From Clostridia bacterium (GTDB taxonomy: Bacteria; Bacillota; Clostridia; Oscillospirales; Acutalibacteraceae): a stretch of 64,000 bases of DNA. The stretch's first letter is position 1. The number at the start of each line of letters is the position of its first letter. The stretch lies in the NCBI GenBank assembly GCA_017436915.1, contig JAFSCE010000014.1, positions 1,974-65,973 on the forward strand, given 5' to 3'. The notes below the pieces were generated by a model. It did not search any database. It was not told the origin of the DNA and saw nothing but the letters and a program-made list of their open reading frames with translations. The position numbers were made by a program, and so were the translations under genes. Below, one piece after another: positions 57,565-64,000 of this stretch.

Positions 57565-57593
57565 ATTATAGCAACCAAATGTTATGTCGTCAA
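57565..57593 (-). promoter_or_regulatory. Sigma-A type promoter for rpsF-ssb-rpsR
   Basis: The minus strand reads TTGACG, a 17-nt spacer, then TATAAT. The leader of about 80 nt may hold the S6:S18 autoregulatory element, which I did not verify. Confidence 0.55.
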
Positions 57594-57672
57594 CCCTTTT
57601 TTAAAAAATTCTTTACTTTCCTCTCGCGGTGGCATATAATAGAAGCACTGACTTGCAGAAAGGAACTGGAAT

Positions 57673-58797
57673 ATGCTGCAATTTGAAGAACTGCGGCTTC
57701 GGTTGGAAAGCAATCTGCCGGAGATCGAAAAACTGTCCGAGGCGATCGGCCTTGCGGCAATGAAAAAAGAAGTCAGCGAGTTGGATATGCGCGCTGCTGA
57801 GCCCGGCTTTTGGGATAATATGGAGAAAGCGCAAGCTGTGACCCAACGTGCCGCCAACTTAAAGGATTCGATTGAACGGTACGAACGGTTAGTGACCGAG
57901 TATCACGATACGATTACCCTCATTGAACTGGCAGACGAGGAAGGCGATTTGTCGCTGCTCGAGGAATGCACCGCCGGTGTAGAACACGTGGAAGCCGAGC
58001 GTGAAGCACAACGCTTGGCAACGCTGCTTGTTGGGGAATACGATTCGCATAATGCTATTCTTACCTTCCACGCCGGATCCGGCGGGACAGAGGCACAGGA
58101 TTGGGCGGAAATGCTTTATCGCATGTATACTCACTGGGCGGAAAAGCGCGGCTTCACCTATAAAATTTTGGATTATCAGGACGGTGACGAAGCCGGACTT
58201 AAAAGCGCCAGTATTCAGGTCAACGGCGAGAACGCCTACGGCTATTTGAAAGGGGAAGCAGGCGTGCATCGTTTGGTGCGTGTGTCTCCTTTTGACGCCG
58301 CCGGCCGCCGTCACACGTCATTTTCGGCCTTGGAGGTTGTTCCGGAGCTTGACAACAGCGTGGATATTGAGATTCGTCCGGAGGATATTAAGATGGACGT
58401 GTTCCGTTCCAGCGGTGCGGGCGGTCAGCATATCAATAAAACCTCGTCGGCGGTGCGACTTACTCATATTCCGACCGGTATTGTCGTGGCGTGCCAGACC
58501 GAGCGTAGCCAATTCCAAAACCGTGATACCGCGATGAATATGCTCAAAGCAAAATTGATGAAGATCAAAGAGCAGGAACACTTGGATCGTATTGAAGATA
58601 TCAAGGGTGTGCAGGCGCAGATCGCGTGGGGCAATCAGATTCGTTCGTACGTGTTCATGCCGTACACGCTTGCCAAGGATCATCGCACAGGTTATGAAAT
58701 GGGTAACATCAACGCCGTGATGGATGGAGATCTGGATGGATTTATCAACGCTTATTTGACCGCTTCCGCTAACGGCACTTTGGGATATAAAGAGTAA
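57673..58797 (+). CDS. prfB: Peptide chain release factor 2, encoded in a single frame
   Basis: Carries the SPF tripeptide (VRVSPFD) and the GGQ motif (SGAGGQHINKT). At 374 aa it is continuous, with no internal in-frame UGA. Confidence 0.9.
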   Translation: MLQFEELRLRLESNLPEIEKLSEAIGLAAMKKEVSELDMRAAEPGFWDNMEKAQAVTQRAANLKDSIERYERLVTEYHDTITLIELADEEGDLSLLEECTAGVEHVEAEREAQRLATLLVGEYDSHNAILTFHAGSGGTEAQDWAEMLYRMYTHWAEKRGFTYKILDYQDGDEAGLKSASIQVNGENAYGYLKGEAGVHRLVRVSPFDAAGRRHTSFSALEVVPELDNSVDIEIRPEDIKMDVFRSSGAGGQHINKTSSAVRLTHIPTGIVVACQTERSQFQNRDTAMNMLKAKLMKIKEQEHLDRIEDIKGVQAQIAWGNQIRSYVFMPYTLAKDHRTGYEMGNINAVMDGDLDGFINAYLTASANGTLGYKE

Positions 58798-58894
58798 TTT
58801 TTTGTCGGTTTATGCACAAAAGGTCGAAACAGTTGACAATTTTGTCCAATCTGGTATACTAAATAGTACTGACATGTTTGAAAAGAGGGATGGC

Positions 58895-59995
58895 ATGGAC
58901 TTCCAGCCGATTGCAGATCATTTCGGTATTACCGGCAAGATCGTGCATACAGAGGAGATCCATTCAGGCAACATCAACCGCACCTATTTAGTGGCTGTAC
59001 AAGAGGCGGACAGCCAAAAAGAATATGTATTTCAAAAGATCAACACCTTTGTGTTCAAAAAGCCCGAGGAGGTTATGGATAACATCCTCAAGGTGACTGA
59101 GCATATTAAGAAAAAGCTGATTGAAACACACGGGTGTTATCATCGCCGGGTATTATCATTCTTGGTGGGCGATGATGGGAAACCGTATTATTACACAGCC
59201 GGCAACAAACATTTTTGGCGTGTTTACGAGTACATTAACCACGCCGTTGCATACGATCAGGTTATAAAGCCCGAGCTTTTTTATGAGGCCGGTCGGTCTT
59301 TCGGTGAATTTCAAGATTGGTTGTCGGATTTTCCGGCACAATCGCTTGCTGAGATCATTCCAAGCTTTCACAACACACCTGTACGGTATGAGACCTTCCG
59401 CCGCTCGATGGAAAAAGATGCCGCCGGCCGCCGTGCAGGAGTAGAAGAAGAGATTCGCTTTTTGTTGGATCGCGAAGCCGAGTGCGGCGTCTTGGTCGAA
59501 AAGCTCAAATCGGGCGAGATCCCGTATCGCGTGACGCACAACGATACCAAAATCAACAACATTTTGTTTGATAACCAAACCGATAAAGCGATTTGTGTTA
59601 TTGATCTGGATACGGTTATGCCGGGAACGGCGTTGTATGATTTCGGTGATGCGGTGCGCTACGGTGCCTCGACGGCGTTGGAAGACGAGCGCGATCTTTC
59701 CAAAGTTTCGCTGGATCTTACCTTGTATGAGCAGTTTGCGAAAGGTTTTTTGGAGTCGATGGGGGATTCCATGACCGCGGCGGAGATTGCGTTGTTGCCG
59801 CAGGGCGTCAAAATCATGACACTGGAGCTGGCAACGCGGTTCTTGGCTGATTATCTGGATGGCGACGTGTATTTCAAGACCCGCAGTGACGATCACAATT
59901 TGGTGCGTGCACGTACTCAGATCCAACTCGCTCGTGATATCGAAGCCAAATGGGAACAACTTCAGAAAATCACGGCACGTTGTTGCGAAAAGTAA
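58895..59995 (+). CDS. APH-fold phosphotransferase, N-acetylhexosamine-1-kinase-like
   Basis: Carries SGNINRTY, VTHNDTKINNILFD (catalytic loop) and VIDLDTVMPG. The start is uncertain: 58874 or 58895, with 58895 preceded by AGAGGGA. Confidence 0.55.
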   Translation: MDFQPIADHFGITGKIVHTEEIHSGNINRTYLVAVQEADSQKEYVFQKINTFVFKKPEEVMDNILKVTEHIKKKLIETHGCYHRRVLSFLVGDDGKPYYYTAGNKHFWRVYEYINHAVAYDQVIKPELFYEAGRSFGEFQDWLSDFPAQSLAEIIPSFHNTPVRYETFRRSMEKDAAGRRAGVEEEIRFLLDREAECGVLVEKLKSGEIPYRVTHNDTKINNILFDNQTDKAICVIDLDTVMPGTALYDFGDAVRYGASTALEDERDLSKVSLDLTLYEQFAKGFLESMGDSMTAAEIALLPQGVKIMTLELATRFLADYLDGDVYFKTRSDDHNLVRARTQIQLARDIEAKWEQLQKITARCCEK

Positions 59996-60005
59996 AAGAT
60001 ACATA

Positions 60006-60035
60006 ACAGAGCACGGTTTCCGTGCTCTGTTTTTG
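60006..60035 (+). terminator. Terminator after the kinase gene
   Basis: ACAGAGCACGG pairs with CCGTGCTCTGT, followed by TTTTT. Confidence 0.6.
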
Positions 60036-60109
60036 CGTTTTGGTGGTTGTATTTCTGCATAAAATGTGGTAAAGTAATATAAATATGTGCATAAAGGAGG
60101 GAATGCGTA

Positions 60110-60925
60110 ATGGATAACCGACCAATTGGTGTGTTTGATTCCGGCTTGGGCGGATTGACGGTGGTACGTGAGCTGCTTGAGCGCTTACCGCACGAGGATA
60201 TTGTGTATTTCGGGGATACCGGGCGCGTTCCCTACGGCTCGCGCAGTCCGGAGATGGTTAAGCATTATGCCATGCAGGATTGCGGACTGCTTCTCAAGCA
60301 GAATGTTAAATACATCATTGCTGCTTGCGGCACGGTCAGTTCGGTTGCCGGTGAAGTGCTGAAGGCGTTGCCGGTGCCGGCGATGGGTGTTGTTGAACCG
60401 ACGGTGGAAGCAGCGCTTGCAGCTACAAAAACCGGCCGCATCGGCGTGATCGGTACGGCGGTGACGGTGCGTTCCGGCTCGTTTGAGCAAGCGATTAAGT
60501 GCGCACGCCCGGATGCACAGGTATTTGCACAAGCGTGTCCGGTGTTGGTGACCTTGGTCGAGAGTGGCTGGGTGGAAGAAAATAACCCCGCAACCGAGGC
60601 GGTCGCCAGACAGTATTTGGAGCCGCTTATGGATCACAAGATCGATACGCTTATTTTGGGTTGTACGCATTTTCCGCTTCTTGCGCCGGTTATTTCCCGT
60701 ATTTTGGGGGAGAGCGTCACACTGATCAATTCCGGCGCCGCAACCGCTGCCAAATGCGCTTCGCTTCTGCAGCAGCGCGATATGCTTTCTGCATCGGACA
60801 GCATGGGCAGCTGTCAGTTTTTCGTCAGCGATCAACCGTACAATTTCACGCGCGTGGCCGAAATGTTTTTGGGCCGCGCGGTACGTGAGGATGTTCGTCG
60901 GGTCGACATGGAGGGCATCGGATAA
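60110..60925 (+). CDS. murI: Glutamate racemase
   Basis: Carries IGVFDSGLGGLTV, IIAACGTVS and LGCTHFP. Confidence 0.9.
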   Translation: MDNRPIGVFDSGLGGLTVVRELLERLPHEDIVYFGDTGRVPYGSRSPEMVKHYAMQDCGLLLKQNVKYIIAACGTVSSVAGEVLKALPVPAMGVVEPTVEAALAATKTGRIGVIGTAVTVRSGSFEQAIKCARPDAQVFAQACPVLVTLVESGWVEENNPATEAVARQYLEPLMDHKIDTLILGCTHFPLLAPVISRILGESVTLINSGAATAAKCASLLQQRDMLSASDSMGSCQFFVSDQPYNFTRVAEMFLGRAVREDVRRVDMEGIG

Positions 60926-61339
60926 ATGAACGTCACGATATCCTTGCGCTCGATCCAGCGGATGGACGGCGATACCGAAACTGCCGAGATGACGGCACGC
61001 GGCACGCTGGACATGCTTGCGGATGGTGCCCGGTTGTGTTACACGGAGTCGCCGCAGGATGGCGGAGCCGCCGTGACGGTGCTGGTACGCGGCACGCAAA
61101 CGATTATTGAGCGGCGTGGCGAGATTTCGTCACAAATCGTACTGGAAGAAGGTAAACGGCATGCTTGCCGTTATGAAACACCATATGGGCTTTTGACCTT
61201 GTATGCGCAAGCAAAGCGGTTGGCGTTTTCAAAGAGGGGGAATACCGCACTCCTGCGGGCGGTATACACATTGGAGATGAGCGGTGCGTACACCGAGCAG
61301 GAAATTGAATTTCGAATCAAGGAAGTGTCACCATGCTGA
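60926..61339 (+). CDS. DUF1934-like small beta-barrel protein (commonly found just upstream of argS in Firmicutes)
   Basis: 137 aa. The call rests on position and length and was recognised from memory. No catalytic motif is present. Confidence 0.6.
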   Translation: MNVTISLRSIQRMDGDTETAEMTARGTLDMLADGARLCYTESPQDGGAAVTVLVRGTQTIIERRGEISSQIVLEEGKRHACRYETPYGLLTLYAQAKRLAFSKRGNTALLRAVYTLEMSGAYTEQEIEFRIKEVSPC

Positions 61340-63072
61340 CCATTATGGAGCAAGCACAACAACAATTGCGGGCAGCCGTACAAGCTGCCGTGCGTGCGGC
61401 GATCGCTGCCGGAGAATTACCGGATGCAGAGTTGCCGGAATTTGTCGTGGAGATCCCTGCTGACCGTACACACGGTGATTTCGCAGCGAACGCCGCGATG
61501 GTGTCGGCACGCGCGTTTCACAAAGCGCCCCGCCAAATCGCGGAGTGTATGACGGCGCATTTGAAACTGGAGAACACCTATCTGGAACGCGCGGAGGTCG
61601 CGGGCCCCGGTTTTATGAATTTCTTTTTATCGCCTCGCTATTATGCGGATATCGTTGCGCAGGTGATCGAGCAGGGAGATGCCTACGGGCGCAGTGACTA
61701 CGGTGCCGGCAAAAAGGTGATGGTGGAATTCGTGTCTGCTAACCCCACCGGTCCGATGCACATGGGTAACGCTCGCGGCGGCGCCTTGGGTGACTGCCTG
61801 GCGGCGGTGCTGGATGCCGCCGGTTACGAGGTGTGGCGCGAATTTTATATTAACGATGCGGGTAACCAGATTGATAAATTCGGCTTGTCATTGGAAGTGC
61901 GTTACCTGCAGTTGTATCGTGGCGAGGACGCTGTCCCGATGCCGGAGGACGCCTACCACGGTGACGATATTCGCGAGCACGCCAAGGCGTTTGCCGAGAT
62001 TCACGGCGACGCGTTCGTGGATGCGGCGGAAAAAGAGCGCCGCGCGGCACTGGTTGCCTACGCGTTGCCGCTCAACATTGAGAAAATGAAAGCCGATATG
62101 GCGAAATATCGGATCGTGTACGATCGCTGGTTTACCGAGTCCACTTTGCACGACAACGGCGAGGTGCGCGAGGTGATCGATCTGCTGACCGCACGCGGGC
62201 TGACCTACGAAAAGGATGGGGCCTTATGGTATAAGGCCGGTGAATTCGGCGAGAAATATCAGGGTAAAAAACACATTAACCGCGACGGCGTGGAGGAAGG
62301 CATCAAAGACGAGGTCTTAGTGCGCGCCAATGGTAATCCCACGTATTTTGCGGCGGATATTGCGTATCACCGCAACAAATTCATGCGCGGGTTTGATACC
62401 TGCATTGACGTGTGGGGTGCCGACCACCACGGTCACGTGGCGCGTATGAAAGGCGCGATGGATGCGATCGGGTTGTCGGGTGACAATCTGCAGGTCGTAT
62501 TGATGCAGCTTGTCCGTTTAATGCGTGACGGCGAAGTGGTGCGAATGTCCAAGCGTTCCGGCAAGGCGATTCAGCTTGCCGATCTGTTGGATGAGGTGCC
62601 GGTGGATGCAGCGCGATTCTTCTTTAATTTGCGCGAGGCGTCCACGCAAATGGATTTCGATTTAGGACTTGCCATTGAGCAATCGTCCTCCAACCCCGTA
62701 TATTATGTGCAGTACGCACACGCGCGGTTATGCTCGATTTTCCGCACGGTCGCCGAGGATGGCGTGACGTTGCAGACTCCCAAACAGGACGTGCTGTGCT
62801 TGCTGTCAGAGCCGGAGGAACGGGAACTTATCCGGCATTTGGCAGGTTACGCGGCGCAGGTGGTGACCTGTGCAAAAGAACAAGACCCCGCCGGTATGAC
62901 GCGGTATGCCCAGGAACTGGCAACCTTGTTCCACAAATTCTACAACGCCTGCCGTGTGCGTGGTGTGGATGCCGATCTGCAGCAAGCGCGGCTCTCGTTG
63001 TGTGAAGCAACACGCATTGCACTGCACAACGTGCTGGCGCTTCTCAAAATCGAGGCACCTGAGAGTATGTAA
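61333..63072 (+). CDS. argS: Arginine--tRNA ligase
   Basis: Carries the class I HIGH-type motif (SANPTGPMHMGNARG) and an MSKRSG (KMSKS-like) motif. Confidence 0.95.
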   Translation: MLTIMEQAQQQLRAAVQAAVRAAIAAGELPDAELPEFVVEIPADRTHGDFAANAAMVSARAFHKAPRQIAECMTAHLKLENTYLERAEVAGPGFMNFFLSPRYYADIVAQVIEQGDAYGRSDYGAGKKVMVEFVSANPTGPMHMGNARGGALGDCLAAVLDAAGYEVWREFYINDAGNQIDKFGLSLEVRYLQLYRGEDAVPMPEDAYHGDDIREHAKAFAEIHGDAFVDAAEKERRAALVAYALPLNIEKMKADMAKYRIVYDRWFTESTLHDNGEVREVIDLLTARGLTYEKDGALWYKAGEFGEKYQGKKHINRDGVEEGIKDEVLVRANGNPTYFAADIAYHRNKFMRGFDTCIDVWGADHHGHVARMKGAMDAIGLSGDNLQVVLMQLVRLMRDGEVVRMSKRSGKAIQLADLLDEVPVDAARFFFNLREASTQMDFDLGLAIEQSSSNPVYYVQYAHARLCSIFRTVAEDGVTLQTPKQDVLCLLSEPEERELIRHLAGYAAQVVTCAKEQDPAGMTRYAQELATLFHKFYNACRVRGVDADLQQARLSLCEATRIALHNVLALLKIEAPESM

Positions 63073-63081
63073 GACAAAACG

Positions 63082-63121
63082 AATCCCCCGTTTGACATTT
63101 TCGTCAAACGGGGGATTTTTT
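63082..63121. terminator. Bidirectional terminator between argS and rhaB
   Basis: AATCCCCCGTTTGAC, an ATTTTC loop, then GTCAAACGGGGGATT, followed by TTTTT. Confidence 0.65.
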
Positions 63122-63131
63122 GGTAAGTTTA

Positions 63132-64000
63132 TTATACGGGCTTAACGTCGAAGGAGTTCGCAATGGCGGTGCGACCTTCCTCGAGGGAGGCGAATTCGCC
63201 GTTTGCCAGCATCTGTACGAGCAGGTTGCCGAGTGCCGTTGCCTCGATGGGGCCGGCATATACGGCCTTGCCGGTGGATTTGGCAGTCAGCTCGTTTAAG
63301 TAGCCGTCCTGACAGCCGCCGCCGACGATGTGCAGGCGGGAATAGGTGCGACCGGTAATCTCTTCCATCTGGCGAACGGCTTTGCCGTAGCAAGCCGACA
63401 AGCTCAGATAAATGACCTTAGCCACCTCGCCGACCGTTTGAGGCACGGCTTGATTGGTTTCGGCACAGACGGTTTTGACCATGTCGATCATGCTCTTCGG
63501 AGCCAAGAACCGCATATCGTCCACATCCACGACCGAATCGATCTCTGCTGCGCGCGCCATGTCGCTGATCTCACCGAAGCCGTACTGATTGTTCAGTTCG
63601 CGCTTGACCGATTGCAGCATCCACAGACCCATGATGTTTTTGAGGTAGCGGAAGCGGTAATTGACGCCACCTTCGTTGGTAAAGTTGAGCTTGCGGCTTT
63701 CCTCGGTGCAGTTGGGAGTCATCATTTCCACGCCGAGAAGCGACCAGGTGCCGGAGCTGATATACAGGAAATCGTCGTCGTTTGCCGGAACGGCAGCAAC
63801 CGCCGAGCCGGTATCGTGTGTGGCGGGCAACACGACTTTGCAGTTGAAGCCCACTTTGGCGGCGATCTCATCCGTTAAGTTGCCGACGACCTCGCCGGGG
63901 GTCTTGAGTTCGCGGAACAAGCGGCGGGGGAAGCCCAATTTGTCGAGCAACTCGCCGTCCCACTGTTTGGTTTCGGCATTGACGAGGTTGGAAGTGCTCG
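63132..64000 (-). CDS. rhaB: Rhamnulokinase (FGGY family), C-terminal part; the N-terminus lies beyond the window
   Basis: Carries ATHDTGSAV, YISSGTWSLLGVE, TNEGGVNYRFRYLKNIMGLWMLQ and HIVGGGCQD. The frame stays open to position 64000. Confidence 0.85.
   Translation of the reverse strand, partial: STSNLVNAETKQWDGELLDKLGFPRRLFRELKTPGEVVGNLTDEIAAKVGFNCKVVLPATHDTGSAVAAVPANDDDFLYISSGTWSLLGVEMMTPNCTEESRKLNFTNEGGVNYRFRYLKNIMGLWMLQSVKRELNNQYGFGEISDMARAAEIDSVVDVDDMRFLAPKSMIDMVKTVCAETNQAVPQTVGEVAKVIYLSLSACYGKAVRQMEEITGRTYSRLHIVGGGCQDGYLNELTAKSTGKAVYAGPIEATALGNLLVQMLANGEFASLEEGRTAIANSFDVKPV

Noticed and set aside
57673-58797. Looked for the programmed +1 frameshift site (in-frame UGA near codon 25) that is common in prfB.
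   Set aside because: The RF2 reading frame is continuous from the ATG at 57673 through the SPF and GGQ motifs. The region aligning to the usual shift site (AIGLAAMKKEV) has no stop, so this prfB is simply the non-frameshifted type.

Overview
This 64-kb window comes from a high-GC, spore-forming Firmicute. Hand counts on a few 60-nt lines give about 55-60% G+C in core genes. Gene content looks like Clostridia of the Oscillospiraceae/Ruminococcaceae type, but the taxon cannot be fixed from this window alone.

Contents, left to right:
- secA (truncated at the window edge), tRNA-Thr and mnmA.
- A class-I amidotransferase and a HAD hydrolase.
- A translationally coupled four-gene Rnf-like cluster (C-D-E-A). 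It has no rnfG or rnfB, and most canonical cofactor ligands are substituted.
- A mecA-like adaptor gene and rpe.
- A ~13.6-kb minus-strand bacterial microcompartment (BMC) locus built around a glycyl-radical enzyme. It carries the activase, PduU, PduV, a class II aldolase, a GlcG-like protein, a Zn-ADH, five BMC-H genes, one BMC-P, PduS-like, PduT-like, DeoR, an acylating aldehyde dehydrogenase and PduL. This matches the fucose/rhamnose GRM5-like type.
- rpsT, gpr, spoIIP, a catalytically dead NlpC/P60 lipoprotein, tRNA-Gly, another lipoprotein and tRNA-Leu.
- A ~14-kb lower-GC island directly after tRNA-Leu. It holds a very AT-rich orphan membrane-anchored 560-aa protein, a cassette bracketed by a perfect 70-bp direct repeat, and a regulator-rich sugar or glycoside catabolic cluster. 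That cluster has two FAD oxidoreductases, an AraM-like dehydrogenase, a TIM-barrel isomerase-like protein and a GH3, with no transporter or kinase.
- An EamA transporter, rpoC-rpoB, proBAC, rpsR-ssb-rpsF, prfB, an APH-fold kinase, murI, a DUF1934 gene, argS and a truncated rhaB.

No CRISPR array, rRNA, transposase or integrase was seen. The most unusual items are the degenerate Rnf-like cluster, the tRNA-Leu island (orphan gene, repeat-bracketed cassette, oxidoreductase/TIM-barrel/GH3 cluster), and several details of the BMC locus.

All product calls come from reading translated motifs by eye. No database search was possible.
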